A stretch of DNA of 63,533 nt, the filler included, from Cercozoa sp. M6MM (Eukaryota; Protista; Endomyxa: Ascetosporea), in the NCBI GenBank assembly GCA_040357565.1. It is 18 parts of 18 records of this genome, joined end to end, with 100 filler letters (N's around TTAATTAATTAA, not from the genome) between each part and the next. Parts side by side here need not be neighbours in the genome. Positions count along the whole stretch, not along the records: positions 35,517 to 39,920 come from JBDODJ010001144.1; positions 40,021 to 42,258 come from JBDODJ010001811.1; positions 42,359 to 48,468 come from JBDODJ010000787.1; positions 48,569 to 52,691 come from JBDODJ010001222.1; positions 52,792 to 54,104 come from JBDODJ010002064.1; 13 more parts are not named here. The stretch is one strand, 5' to 3'. The position numbers were made by a program, and so were the translations under genes. Under the pieces are notes generated by a model. It ran no database searches. It saw nothing but the letters and a program-made list of their open reading frames with translations, and had not been told where the DNA came from. Shown here one piece after another: positions 36,575 to 53,661 of the stretch (position 1 is its first letter; each line of letters opens with the position of its first letter).

Positions 36575-37638
36575 ATGTCCGAGCCTCTGATCTACGCCGG
36601 TGAGCTTGAGGGCCACGATGGTGCCGTGACGTGCATCGCCACCTCGCTCGAGCACTCTGAGCTTCTGCTCACGGGCTCGCGAGACAAGTCGATCATCGTG
36701 TGGAAGCTCACGAACGACGACAGCGGCGAGATGGGCTACATGCAGGTGCAACGTTATATGACTTCCCATGCTGTGGGTTTAGTTTTTTTTTTACATTGTT
36801 GAATTCTCGTGTGTAGCGCCGCCTTACGGGCCACTCGCACTTCGTGTCGGACGTCGCTATCTCGTCGGACGGTTCGTACGCCCTGTCGGCCTCGTGGGAC
36901 GCCACGCTCCGTCTTTGGGAGATAGAGTCGGGTGCCACGCGCGCTCGCTTCGTCGGTCACGAGAAGGACGTGCTGTCGGTGGCTTTCTCGCCGGACAACC
37001 GCATGATCGTATCGGCCTCGCGCGACCGCACCATCAAGATCTGGAACACGATCGGTCAGCTGCACGCCGAGCTGCCGCGCGCCGACGGCCACAAGGACTG
37101 GGTGTCGTGCGTCCGCTTCTCGCCGCAGCGCGTCGATGAGGAGGGCAACGTGTTGCCGCCCGTGGTCGTGTCGGCCGGCTGGGACAAGCAGGTCAAGTTC
37201 TGGGACGTCCAGAACACGTCGCTCGTGCAGAACCTCGAGGAGAAGCACACGTCGTTCATCTCGTCGGTCTCGATGGCCCCGGATGGCTCGCTCTGCGCCA
37301 CGGGTGGCAAGGACGGCCTCATCCAGCTGTGGGACATCTCGGAGCAGACGCACTGCGCCACGCTCGAGTGCAACGGCTCGATCAACGCGCTCGCCTTCAA
37401 CCCGCGCGAGTTCTGGCTCTGCGCCGCCGTTGAGGGCCAGATCCAGGTCTGGAACCTCCGCGAGCGTCAGTGCATCGCCAAGATCGACATTGACGAGAAC
37501 CTCGCCAAGAAGGCCGGCAAGCTGCCCATCGAGTGCGTGTCGCTCGCCTGGTCTGGCGACGGCAAGACGCTCTACTCGGGCTACCAGGACGGCCGTGTCC
37601 GCATCTGGACCACCGCCAACAACGGCATCGAGGCCTAA
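36575..37638 (+). CDS. RACK1: RACK1 (40S ribosomal WD40 protein); intron 36746-36816
   Basis: LEGHDGAVTCIAT..SRDKSIIVW..RRLTGHSHFVSDVAISSDGSYALSASWDATLRLW..FVGHEKDVLSVAFSPDNRMIVSASRDRTIKIWNTIG..GHKDWVSCVRFSP. Confidence 0.95.
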
Positions 37639-38107
37639 GTTGGCACACAGGTTGTCGTTTGTTAAGCGGCTCACGTGATTCCTTACGGTTTGCCCTCTGG
37701 GCCTTAAGTCAACTAAACTCAGTTTGGCCACCACGGCGAGGCCCCGCCCATAGAAATGTTCATCCGGATTATGTTGCAGTTATCGTGGTATCGGATGTCA
37801 TGATGCCTACTGCTCAGTGCTAATGGCGGATGACGGCTCCTCGCTGTTTGACGGATGTAATCACGGCATCCAATGTCAAGGAAGAAGAAATTCAGTAGCA
37901 CGCTTCAAGCAAGTGGGTTGTTCGCGCTTGGGGTTGCAACAGACCCGCTTGCGATCACCTTGTTTTTGTTCCAACGACCGGCACTCGGACTACCGCATCA
38001 AACACTGTGTGGTCCACTGGGGTGATGTCTATGTATTCACGGGCCGGGTTTTTTATTTATTGCTAGGTTGTGCTAGTTGGAGTTGCCCGTCCGACCCATA
38101 ACTGAAT

Positions 38108-38760
38108 TTAATCAACAGTTTTCTTTTCGCTGGTGACGTTTTGGACACTCTGCTGATCGGTCCTTTCTCTGGTGCCCGAGTCGCTGGAACGGGTCCGCTG
38201 GCGGCCCGGTGTGATGAGATGCCGATACAAAAGTGCGATGCACAAGAACGGCAACGCAGCCATGGTGCCGGCTGCCAGCGCAAGTGAGCCGCAGATGAGG
38301 CACGCGCAGGCACACGCGGCCAGAAAGACAAAGGCCACCGCGCCAAGCGCAAGCAGTGCCAGTGATAATAGCAGTAGCACGGAAAACAGCCAGGTGAGTA
38401 GCGCGGCACCGACGGAAGCGCCAACGAGCAAACCCACAGCTCGCACAGGCTACAGGCCGGACACACAGGCATGTCGAACAACCAAAGATCGAAGCATGGC
38501 CGTACGTTCTGATATGTGAGGCGCCAGAACTCGTTGGATTTCCCTTTCAGATACTGAAGCGAAGCGTAGTACGTCTCGCTACAGAACCGGCCGACATCGG
38601 ATCGAATCATCTGCATCGTCTTGTTGATGAGGTCGTCGGCACTGTCTGTGCAGGAATTGTGCTTTCAACTTATCGGATGTCATCCAGTAGCAAAGAAAAT
38701 GCCTTGAGCCGTGAATCGGGTGGCCTCATCTTCACTGACGGGTTCTTCAACCATAGGAAA
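38108..38760 (-). CDS. Small protein with a ~70-aa hydrophobic hairpin (promethin/oleosin-like)
   Basis: AVGLLVGASVGAALLTWLFSVLLLLSLALLALGAVAFVFLAACACACLICGSLALAAGTMAALPFLCIALLY between polar ends. Confidence 0.45.
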
Positions 38761-39022
38761 CTTCGGCACACGATGCAGCAGTGAAACAAATTGATGTGAG
38801 CAGAAAAGAGAGGTACGGCATGATTTCCCATTTCCAACAGCTACTCCTCCTTTTCTTTAAACTAACTCCACAATGTATGGGCACGCCTTGGCGCAGTTCT
38901 ACGAGCCGTTAAAATGAGTATTATTGTTGAGCTCAAAAGATTAAAAAACCCGTTTAGGTTACAGAGCACCATAAGTGCGCCGGTGAGTGTTTGGTGTGTG
39001 CCACTTCCCGGAGAAGGCATAA

Positions 39023-39920
39023 ATGGCACCAGTTCCGATTGACGATTCCGGAGCTCGTGCGGTTCAGGAGACCGTCACTTTTGATAAGTTGTTTGTCGGC
39101 GCGTGCGACATTGCGGCGTAGGCACTGTTCTCTGACAGTCCAAGCTTGTGCTGTTTAAGTGTACTTGGTGCAGTGATGCAAGTGACGAAGCTCTCGTTGA
39201 GTTTTTTGAAATTGCGCGTACCGCTGACTTCGTACTCTCTGTCATAGCTTCTTGCATGCGCAACAATGATATTTTTCTGTGCGAGTCCAGATCAAGGAGA
39301 AGGAGGCGCAGCGCGTATGTCTGCAGTTTCCGGACGAATTATTGTTTTGCGCCGCTCGTGTGACACATTTGCTGGAGGCTCTGCTCCCGTATCCCGAATG
39401 TTACTGCGTAGGTAGAGGTATACATGTATGTTTTGTGGACAGCGAGGCGCAGATCAGCGTGCTGGGCGACACTTCGCACGGCGCCTGTTGTGCTGGTACT
39501 CCATGTGTTGTGCTGGTACTCCATGGCGTCTTGTACGTGTAGCAATAAAGTGCGCTGCATCCCGGATGTGTGTAGATGAAGTGGCTGCCGAGCATGCCGA
39601 CGCGCAGGTGCTGATCCACTACGGCAATGCGTGCCTCTCGCCAACACGACGTCTGCCAACGCTTTATGTTTTTGGTCGGTAGCACAGCACACTTTGGCTT
39701 TTTGTTTCTGTTTAATGCGTTGTGTGCGCAGGAAGAAGGTACCGGAAACCACGACCTGCGATTCACTCAGCGCACTGATCGGCGATACCTTTGCCGAGTC
39801 AAGGTACACACTTTCCCAGTGGAGTGGGTATGCACATTAGATTTCTCTCTCGATTGTGCAGTGAGAGAGTGATGGTGCTGCACGACTTGGCACTCTCCTA
39901 CGTGGCCAGTGGCGTGTCGG
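39023..39920 (+). CDS. DPH2: Diphthamide biosynthesis protein 2, 5' part
   Basis: [58 protein letters not shown]. Confidence 0.88.
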
Positions 39921-40020
39921 NNNNNNNNNNNNNNNNNNNNNNNNNNNNNNNNNNNNNNNNNNNNTTAATTAATTAANNNNNNNNNNNNNNNNNNNNNNNN
40001 NNNNNNNNNNNNNNNNNNNN

Positions 40021-40063
<43 letters not shown>

Positions 40064-41144
40064 TTGCCCCCCCCCTCCGGGGGGGGGGGGGGTGTGTGAA
40101 GGTAGAGGGTAGTGGTGAGGAGGTAAAGGTAGAAGGTTATGGTAAAGGTAGGGGTAGGGAGGAAAGGGGCTTAGGCCATCACACCTGCGTCGGCACGGCC
40201 GAGGGCGTCACCGAGCGGCGCGACGGCAGCTCCTGGATGCTCTTGCGGCGCGGCGGCGGCGGCAGCTCCACCGGCGTCACGTTCACCTGCAGCACCGTCG
40301 CCGGCGCGTTCACTGCGCACACGGGCACCCTTACCCCCCTAACCTTACACCTTCTTTACCCCCACCCCAGTGAGAGTGTACGTGAGGAGGACGACGGCAT
40401 CGATACGAGACTGCGCGGACGTCGGTGACCGCTGCGCTTCCTGTCGTGTCCCTGACCTGCACACACGTGGGTCACATGGATGAGTCACACCGTCAGTCAC
40501 GTGGCTCAGTGCGTGGCTCACTCAATGGCCGGGTGGACACGTGACAAGAGGTACCAGTGGCAGCGCTGCTGCTGCGTTCGTCGTCGTGCGGCTGCGACTC
40601 GTCGTTCCTCACAACGGCCGCCGCGTCCGTCGAGTCGAGGCTCTCGGAGCGCGCCAGGTTCGACAGCTGTGCCAGCTGCGACGCCGTCAGGTGCGCGCTC
40701 GACTGGCCTGCGGGGGGGGGCCGGGTAAGGGTAAGGGGTAGGGCAAAGGGCAAGGCAAAGGGTAGGGGCAAGGGGGTAAGGCAATACCAGTATGCTGCGT
40801 GTCATGCGTCTCTTCGGCACTGTCGCTTGTCGAACTGCTACGGGGGGGGGGGAAGAAAAGGGTAGGGGACGGGGTGGGGGGAACTACCCAGTGCCCGAGT
40901 GCTGCCTTGAGAGCTGCTGCGTGCCCGTGCGCGGCGACATTCGCGACGTCGGCGACACGTTGCCTGTGCATGTGTGCACGTGTCACATTGATCTCCCCAG
41001 TCAAATTATCCTCAGTCAGATGATCTTCCCAGTCAGATTCAGCCACTCCAGTCAGGTTGGACAAAAGGTACCATCCGAGGCAGATGAGAGCCACGAGCCG
41101 CCCACGTTGCGAAAGCGCGGCTGCTATGGGGCGGNNNNNNNNNN

Positions 41145-41187
<43 letters not shown>

Positions 41188-42258
41188 TTGCCCCCCCCCT
41201 CCGGGGGGGGGGGGGGTGTGTGAAGGTAGAGGGTAGTGGTGAGGAGGTAAAGGTAGAAGGTTATGGTAAAGGTAGGGGTAGGGAGGAAAGGGGCTTAGGC
41301 CATCACACCTGCGTCGGCACGGCCGAGGGCGTCACCGAGCGGCGCGACGGCAGCTCCTGGATGCTCTTGCGGCGCGGCGGCGGCGGCAGCTCCACCGGCG
41401 TCACGTTCACCTGCAGCACCGTCGCCGGCGCGTTCACTGCGCACACGGGCACCCTTACCCCCCTAACCTTACACCTTCTTTACCCCCACCCCAGTGAGAG
41501 TGTACGTGAGGAGGACGACGGCATCGATACGAGACTGCGCGGACGTCGGTGACCGCTGCGCTTCCTGTCGTGTCCCTGACCTGCACACACGTGGGTCACA
41601 TGGATGAGTCACACCGTCAGTCACGTGGCTCAGTGCGTGGCTCACTCAATGGCCGGGTGGACACGTGACAAGAGGTACCAGTGGCAGCGCTGCTGCTGCG
41701 TTCGTCGTCGTGCGGCTGCGACTCGTCGTTCCTCACAACGGCCGCCGCGTCCGTCGAGTCGAGGCTCTCGGAGCGCGCCAGGTTCGACAGCTGTGCCAGC
41801 TGCGACGCCGTCAGGTGCGCGCTCGACTGGCCTGCGGGGGGGGGCCGGGTAAGGGTAAGGGGTAGGGCAAAGGGCAAGGCAAAGGGTAGGGGCAAGGGGG
41901 TAAGGCAATACCAGTATGCTGCGTGTCATGCGTCTCTTCGGCACTGTCGCTTGTCGAACTGCTACGGGGGGGGGGGAAGAAAAGGGTAGGGGACGGGGTG
42001 GGGGGAACTACCCAGTGCCCGAGTGCTGCCTTGAGAGCTGCTGCGTGCCCGTGCGCGGCGACATTCGCGACGTCGGCGACACGTTGCCTGTGCATGTGTG
42101 CACGTGTCACATTGATCTCCCCAGTCAAATTATCCTCAGTCAGATGATCTTCCCAGTCAGATTCAGCCACTCCAGTCAGGTTGGACAAAAGGTACCATCC
42201 GAGGCAGATGAGAGCCACGAGCCGCCCACGTTGCGAAAGCGCGGCTGCTATGGGGCGG
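40021..42258. repeat. Exact 1114-bp duplication across a 10-N gap (probable scaffolding artefact) containing a minus-strand gene fragment
   Basis: 40021-41134 matches 41145-42258; all ORFs repeat with offset 1124. Confidence 0.9.
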
Positions 42259-42358
42259 NNNNNNNNNNNNNNNNNNNNNNNNNNNNNNNNNNNNNNNNNN
42301 NNTTAATTAATTAANNNNNNNNNNNNNNNNNNNNNNNNNNNNNNNNNNNNNNNNNNNN

Positions 42359-44990
42359 GGGGGGGGGGTAGGAGGGTAAAGCGCGGCCTACACGTGGCGA
42401 TGGTGGCCGCACCGAACGAGTGTCCATGCAGTGCGACTCGATCCAAGTCGAGTCGACCCTTCAGCAGTCGGTGCGACTTTTGCCACGTCTGCCAGGGGTA
42501 GGGGGTAAAGGGGGTGGGGTGGGAATGAAACGCCTACCCGCAGCTCACGTAGCACAGCGTCCAATTCGCGCACACTGCGAATTGCACAGAGCAGATTAAC
42601 TCAAGTGTGTCCAAACGGACCGGGAGGATAGGTACAAATGGACACAAGAGTACCGAACATTAAGCTGCGCGCGGCGGAAGGCGCGGTAGTCGGACTGGTG
42701 CCACACCAGTGGCCGCGACTGGTGTCGCAGCGCACGGCCGTCGTGCAGTCGCGTGAAGGCGCCGCTGCCGTCGCAGTGGTCCACCGCCACCACCACGAAG
42801 CCTACTCGGGGAAGGGGTAAGGAGGCGGGGGAGGGGGCGAGGAGGGGTACCATTGCTCGCCAGTCGCCGAGCATGCGCAGTGGCTCCGTCGAAATTTCCT
42901 CTCTCCCAGGGGGGGGGGTAAGGAGTGGGATGAAGGCTAAACAGACATACCAGTCCATGCAGCATGATCACAACGGGGTGCTTTGTCTTCAAATCCAGTG
43001 TGCCACTGGGAGGGGTAAAGAGGAGAGGTTAAGAGGGGGATAAAGCGGTAAAAAGGCGAAAAAGGAAGAGGCGGGTTAAGTGCAACACACCTCGACCGCG
43101 ACGCTGTTGTGGAGCGACACAAACGCGGCACACTCAATGTTTCGCCCGTCTCGATTCGCACTCTGTCGTCCTCGCTGTGTTCCGACTCCTGGGGGGGGGG
43201 GGGGGGAGAAGGGGGAGGGGGGGGGGGGGGGGGAGGGGGGGGGGGGGGGGGGGGTTGGGTAAGAGGTAGGGGTACGGGGTAGGGTAGGGGTAGGGGTACG
43301 GTGTCGGGTAGGGGTAGGGATAGGGTAGAGGTACGGTGTAGGGTAGGGGTAGAGGTACGGTGTAGGGATAGGGGTAGAGGTACGGTGTAGGGTAGGGGTA
43401 GAGGTACGGTGTAGGGTAAGGGGTACGGGGTGGGGTAGGGTAGGGTAAGGGGCATACCTCGGCACCGTGCAGCCGACGCGCCAGCTCGACCTGTCGCGAC
43501 GTGACGAAGCGCGCCTCGCGCACGCAGCCGGACGGCGCGAGTGTCCAGTGCGACGTGCCGAGCGACAGTAGCCAGTCGGGCAGCATGCCATGTCCGACAC
43601 CGCGGGTAGCCTCGACACCATCGTGCCACAGTGGCGCCACTCCCTGTTCCTGTCCTCCTCCCTTGTGTCCTCCTAGCTTGTGTCCTAGCTTGTGTCCTCC
43701 TACCTGCTGTCCGTCCTGCTGTGCCTGTCCCTGTGGTTGCTCTCCCTCCGGCAACGAGGCTGGGTAGAACACCTTGACGCGCACACTGTGCGGCATGTGC
43801 TTCCTGTCACTGTCACTCGTTTCCGACCTGCCCGACAGCGAGTGCAGTGCGCCGAAACTGGCGGCCACTTCTTCGGCCAGCTCGCCTTTCTGCACGGCGC
43901 GCTCGGCGCGCTCGCCGTGCTCGTGGAGAGCCACCGGAGATACCTGCGGGGGGGGGGGCCCCGGGGGGGGGGGGCGGTACCGGGGGGTAGGTATAACACG
44001 AGCGTACCTTGACACGTGTTAATGTGACGCCAATTCGGCGGAAGGGACCACGCACCACCAGATGCTGGGGGAGAGTAAGAGTCGGGGTAAGGGTAGGAGT
44101 AAGGAAGGGGTAGAGATGGAGGGGTAGGGGTAAGCGTAGGGGTAGTAGGGTAGGGGTACGGGAGGGGTAGGGGTAAGGGAGGGGTAGAGGTAAGGGAGGG
44201 GTAGGGGTAAGAGTAGTGGTAGGGGTAAGAGTAGTGGTAGGGGTAAGAGTAGGGAAAGGGGTAAGAGTAGGGGTAAGGGTAAGAGTAGGGGTAGGGTAAG
44301 GGCAGGAGTAAAGCGGAAAGCAGAGAGAGTACCAAAGCCGGCACAGGCAGCAGCAGCAGCAGCAGCAGACCAATCAGAGTGAGCTGCCACTGCAGCGTCC
44401 ACAGCGACGGCCAGGCTGCCAGCAGCGCCACGTGCTGCCACTCCGTCAGTCCGGCCAGTGTCACGTGCACTAGAAGCACCAAATACACTGGAACGCCATT
44501 CCAACGGAGACCTACACCAGAGGGAGGTATTTCATGGGTCATACAAGGCAAGTATCGCAGGAAGGCCCGTGTACGGCCTGTGTACCCTCAAGCACAGCAT
44601 GTGCGACGAGTGCCAACGCAGCACACAGGCCCAGCAACGTGTCCACCTGTCGCAACACCCAGTCACCTACAATGTCGATGTGCTGCAGCACACGTGCATG
44701 CAGCGACGCCGAAATTAGCGCCCCTGACACCCACAAGTACACACGTGTGCATATTGATAGGCCCCACAAAACAGGGAGACTCTGGGCTACCGCACGCAAT
44801 GCCGACAAGGATCCGCTCAAGGCTCCTCCTGTCCAGCGATACACCGTGGTCTTGCCCTCCTCCGACAAACATACCGCAGAGAGAAGAAAAAAATGATACA
44901 TTGGCACGGCCAAATAAATAAACAAACACAGCCGCCAACCCTTGGCGCACACAGTGCGTGTGCGTACTTCAGCACTATGCAGTCAAATGT
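42359..44990 (-). CDS. PAF-acetylhydrolase family alpha/beta hydrolase with N-terminal TM segments; 3' truncated, start approximate
   Basis: VKVFYPA; HPVVIMLHGL; LASN-GFVVVAVDHCDGSG; FRRAQLNVR; LDLDRVALHGHSFGAAT (GxSxG). Confidence 0.85.
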
Positions 44991-45300
44991 TAAGCGAATG
45001 GATCAACCTGGCTCAAAGTGGCCGATGACTTGGGATCAACCGAGGTGAATGATCGTCTGTTCTCGAGTGAAGCGCTGCATCAAGGACGGGGACACCAGGG
45101 GTACCCGACCCGTGGGTTTAAACTGAAAAGAGACACGCCGATGGACTGAATCCCAGATCCCAGTCAGTGCACCCTCGTTTGGCTTTCTTAGCTGGATGTT
45201 CAGCTCGAGTGACCTCCGCGCGGATCCTGGAAACTGGTACGCAGAGTTTAGAGGTTTTGACCCCATTTTCCGTTAGCTGGGTCCCCTGTCACAAAGAGCG

Positions 45301-47735
45301 ATGCAAGAGTGCCTGTTAGAGATTGAGCGTCTTTCTGCTCAAGTAGATACACCATCAAAGCCCTACGTTTCGAAGGTGCAAAACAACTTTGTCGCAAATT
45401 TTATCTTTTTACCATCTGTGCCAGTACTTCAATGTGGTTTTCATTTGAACATCACAGTACAGAGCCCGGAAGCTTGTTAAAGAACTACTCGACAGGTGTC
45501 AAAATGATGAAAGTATCGACCCCCGTCTGGGTTTAAATTGGTATGTATCATTGTTTCCAATGCGTGCCCAGCTGTAGCGAACTGTGTACTCTGCAGTGAG
45601 CAACTGAGAGGCCTTTTGCTGCAACTGCTCGGCCGAAACCTGTGTGACACACTTCAGTACGCAGAGGGAATTTTGAAACTGGAGCAAGCGTGTGAGCTTC
45701 TCCGAAAACACCCCGAGTCTCTTCCCATCGAGCTGATGCACGCGTGCAACTACATCTCGTATGCGTGGACGGAGCGCGGGTCAATTGAGAAAGCTCGCGA
45801 GTCCATCGAAGAGTCTCTCGCATTGTACGAGCGCGCAAAGCTGCAAGATTTCCCAATTATTCGCCGGCGACACCTTGAAGAACTGCATTGCCAGGCACTT
45901 TTTTACAAAGCGCAACTTTTGAGTGCCACGGATGCTCACGCGAGCGCTCGCTGCTGCCTGCAGACCCTTGCGCTGCAGATGCAACTAGCATGGGGTTCCG
46001 ATGACGTTCTTCGTGCGTATTCGATGAGCGCGGCAGGTTCCGAGCCAACGCTTCGAGTCATTGGCACGAAGAAAACCGAAGGTGAAGAGCTGAGCGACAG
46101 CGAGAACGACGACGTCTTAAAAGAAGATGTTGACAGAGGAGCAGCCAAAAATCGTGTTGACGATCCTAGCGACGAGTCGGAGGACATTGGGAAAGGAGAC
46201 ACAGCGAACTTGGCTGGACGAGAGGCCCTCACGTCTGCAAGTGCGACACTGGAGCCATTTGAGGCAGTTCCTGAACTGGACCTTTCCAGTTTCAACTTGG
46301 TTGAATGGTGCACGAACGCCATTCAATTGTCACAGTACATGGCCAATGAAGGCAATTTCAGGCAAGGTACTGGGAAGCTAAATCACATTGTTTATGCCGA
46401 AACCTCTCCGTTTACGTTCTTCTGCGCACTCGGGCAGGCTTGCACATGCTCCGCGTTGCCGATGCTGTCTGGAAGACAGCGCGCAGACGGCTCGCGTTGG
46501 ATGCCAACTCATCTCCTGAAGGCCAAGTGGCTGACACATACAAACAACAGCTTGAGGAACTTCGCGCAGACATTGCGCTTGCGACAGGAACGCTTCTTTT
46601 GGACAGACTCAAGACCGAAGATGATTTCGATGACCTACAGGGACACGAATTCGACAGATTGCCCGTTCCAGAGTCAGCTTTTCCTCATGTTTCGCCTGAT
46701 CCTGGTGTTCTTCGAGCGCCTGCTTCTCTGCAAGACGCGAAGCAGCTTTTTGTACGCCTCATCCACCTCACTCCGTTCACCTCACTTGCAGGTTTCAAAG
46801 ATACGTAACGTGGTGTAACAGGTTGAAATCCTACGGAACCTGACGATTGCAAAGCAATACTACATGATCGACGAGCACACGCGACAACACCTCGAAATCC
46901 TGTTCCTCGTGTGTCAGAGCTACGACCAAGTCGCGCGTTTTGAAACCAACGCCGCACGGCAAATGGCGCTGCTTAAGAAGAAAATTCAGACGTTGGAGCC
47001 AGTCTTGAAAGCATCTCCTGACCATTACTCGCACGAAGTGCGAAATGCGCTCTTTCAAAGCGCACAGGCGGTAAGGCCGCTTTATATTATCTTTTACAGA
47101 GCAGCTCCTGCTTTATTGATGTTTCTATATTTAGAAAAAGAAGGTTGGTACATTGCTACGAAGCGACCCCATGTCTAGAGCCGAATGTCAAGACATGTAA
47201 ATCTTACTAAACTTACTTTTCCCGGTCGGTGGTCCGGTTGATTCGTAATATACGTACTGACCCCGGTGTATGTTTCTAAACTTCTAGGATGAAGCAAGCT
47301 GCTCATGATTTCAGCAAGGTGAGATATCCATCCTGTTGCTAGTAGAGTGGTGTTCTTCGATAACGGAATGAGTTAACTGTGCTGTATTCTCACGCTCAGT
47401 TCCTCTCAAGAACTGATCACGGCAATGTCCTTGTGGCGAGTGACGTCGTTGCTGTCAGTTCACTTTTGCTTGAGACACCCATGCCGTCGACCAAGCGCTG
47501 CTGTTTTCTATGTTTCCGCTACTTGCAGGCCCTCATTGAAAAGGCGACATGCTATTTGGACAGCAGTGTGCCGCACGATCTACAAGAAAGCATCAAGACT
47601 CTCAAGGAGGTGACAACCTACTGCGAATCGATGGCAAAGAAACACGAAGCGCCTGATTTTACCAAGGAGCGCAAATTTGCGAGTGAAATGCTTGAGCTAG
47701 TGAACAAGCGTCTGCGACTGCTCTCCAAAGACTGA
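45301..47735 (+). CDS. KIFBP: KIF-binding protein (KBP/KIAA1279 family)
   Basis: PSKPYVSK-YRAR; ALFYKAQ; CLQTLALQ; EWCTNAIQLSQY; AKQYYMIDEHTRQHLEI; FETNAARQ..LEP. Confidence 0.8.
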
Positions 47736-47987
47736 GTGTTCCTGTTCGCAGTCAGTTTTCGTCTTCTTGCGACGGGTCCGTGATCGCGAAAATCAATCGA
47801 TGGCAATGCAAAACGAGAATCGGCTGCTACAGTATACACTGCGCGCCCGGTGTAGGCCCTCAGGTCTGAGAGGGCTATCGTACTAAATTGTTTTGATTCA
47901 GTTCCAACCGGTAACAGCCAAGAAGCTGCTCAACATAAGTTGTAAACTTATTGCAGCAAGTGCCAGCTAATAAATTTTAAAGCTCCG

Positions 47988-48468
47988 TCAGTGGTTCATC
48001 GACGAATGCGAGGAAGTGGAACTCACGAAACTAAGTTTTATTAAACTTCGCACTCCAGCAGCAAGTCTTCCAGAAGCTGTTCCGCGCTGAGAAGCAAACG
48101 CCCACAGGCAACGGAAATGGTGGTCGGGGGACACTGTGGCACCGAGGTGCATTTGTAAGTTGTACCTAGAAAGAGCGGCCTGCAACTGCTCGTGCGCCTC
48201 GCTTGCCTCAGCTGTGTGCAGCATTGCCATGTTGAGGTTGTTCTGGGCCTTGGCCAGCTCGTAGATCATGGCGACTCCCGTCTCTGAGCACAAGGCAAAA
48301 CAAGCATTTGAAGGCTATCGCTGCAAAGAGTGGAAGCACTGAGTGCACTGAGGAGGGAGGGCAGGTGAACGCACTCTGTGCAAGTTTCTTGGCACGCTTC
48401 GCAAAGCGAGATGCCTTCTTATTCCACTCAAAGTGGCGCGAACTTGGGTACTTGACCTACAGTTTTTG
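47988..48468 (-). CDS. 3' fragment of a TPR-like protein
   Basis: ELAKAQNNLNMAMLHTAEASEAHEQLQAAL helical pattern only. Confidence 0.3.
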
Positions 48469-48778
48469 NNNNNNNNNNNNNNNNNNNNNNNNNNNNNNNN
48501 NNNNNNNNNNNNTTAATTAATTAANNNNNNNNNNNNNNNNNNNNNNNNNNNNNNNNNNNNNNNNNNNNCACACACACACACACACACACACACATATAAC
48601 ATACACACACATATAACATACACACAACACATGTACACACACGCACACACAACACACAACACACACACACACAACACACACACACGCAACACACACACAA
48701 TGTTCCTTTTCGTAGACGGACGTGACGAAATGGTCGCAAACACGAGGCTACACTCGACTTCCTTCCGATCCTGGCAGC

Positions 48779-52691
<3,913 letters not shown>

Positions 52692-52791
52692 NNNNNNNNN
52701 NNNNNNNNNNNNNNNNNNNNNNNNNNNNNNNNNNNTTAATTAATTAANNNNNNNNNNNNNNNNNNNNNNNNNNNNNNNNNNNNNNNNNNNN

Positions 52792-52838
<47 letters not shown>

Positions 52839-52841
52839 CAG

Positions 52842-53190
52842 TACCACCCTCCGAGTCCTCGTGCCAGTGAGGAGGGTACCCTTCCTCGCTTGTGTGTGTG
52901 TGTTTGGTTTGTATACTTAAGTGCCCGTGTCTGTACCAACACATCCAGAGTCCGACGATGACAGGCGCACCTGCCGCGTGTGTCTGTGCGAGTATGAGGA
53001 AGGCGACATGCTCAAGACGCTTCCGTGCTTCCATGGGTATTCGTGTCATTCGTACGCGCTGTGTTTTGACCGCAATTTTATTGCTCTGTTTGTGGGAAAC
53101 GCAGCTTTCACAGCGAGTGCATCGACCCGTGGCTGCGGAACAACCCGTCGTGTCCCGTCTGCAAGTACGCATTTTCTTTGCCACTTTAAA
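52842..53190 (+). CDS. RING-H2 E3 ligase, 3' end
   Basis: CRVCLCEYEEGDMLKTLPCFH-xFHSECIDPWLRNNPSCPVCK. Confidence 0.9.
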
Positions 53191-53661
53191 ACAGACAGTC
53201 GTTTTCACTGATGGCACGGGCGCTTAGGCACGTCATCATGGACAACCGGCTGCCACCCGAGGTTGCCGCTGCAATGAGCGGCGTCAATGTCAATGACTAG
53301 CGTAGTTTCTGTCGTGTCGTGTCGTGCTGGCATGTCAGTGACCAGTACTTGGCCGTGGAGAAACCGGCCGGTCCCCTGTGACAGGCTGCACATCAATACA
53401 TTTTACTTTACGGAGGTTTACCCACATTCCTGCTGCGGTCTGCGCTGGTCTACTGCGTTTCCGAGAAGGTTCCTCTGCCAAGCTTGGTGGTTTCGAAGCC
53501 GATATTTGTCAACCAGCTAGTGGCACTGCCTCACAGGACAGGATCCACGATTCAGGCAGTGAAGGTCACAGATAACACGTGCCTTCGGTGAGTTACGCCT
53601 GCATGCTCTTGTGACCCGACCCACCCCGGGCTGGTGGAGGGGAACTAAACATAGTTGGTTT

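Noticed and set aside
36746-36816. snoRNA in the RACK1 intron (as in yeast ASC1)
   Set aside because: 71 nt with no C box (RTGATGA) or D box (CTGA).
36754-37734. Long antisense ORFs opposite RACK1, EF-1alpha and the histones
   Set aside because: Shadow ORFs caused by strong GC3 codon bias.
40021-42258. Recent tandem gene duplication
   Set aside because: Apparently base-identical copies, including homopolymer ends, around a 10-N gap; typical scaffolding artefact.
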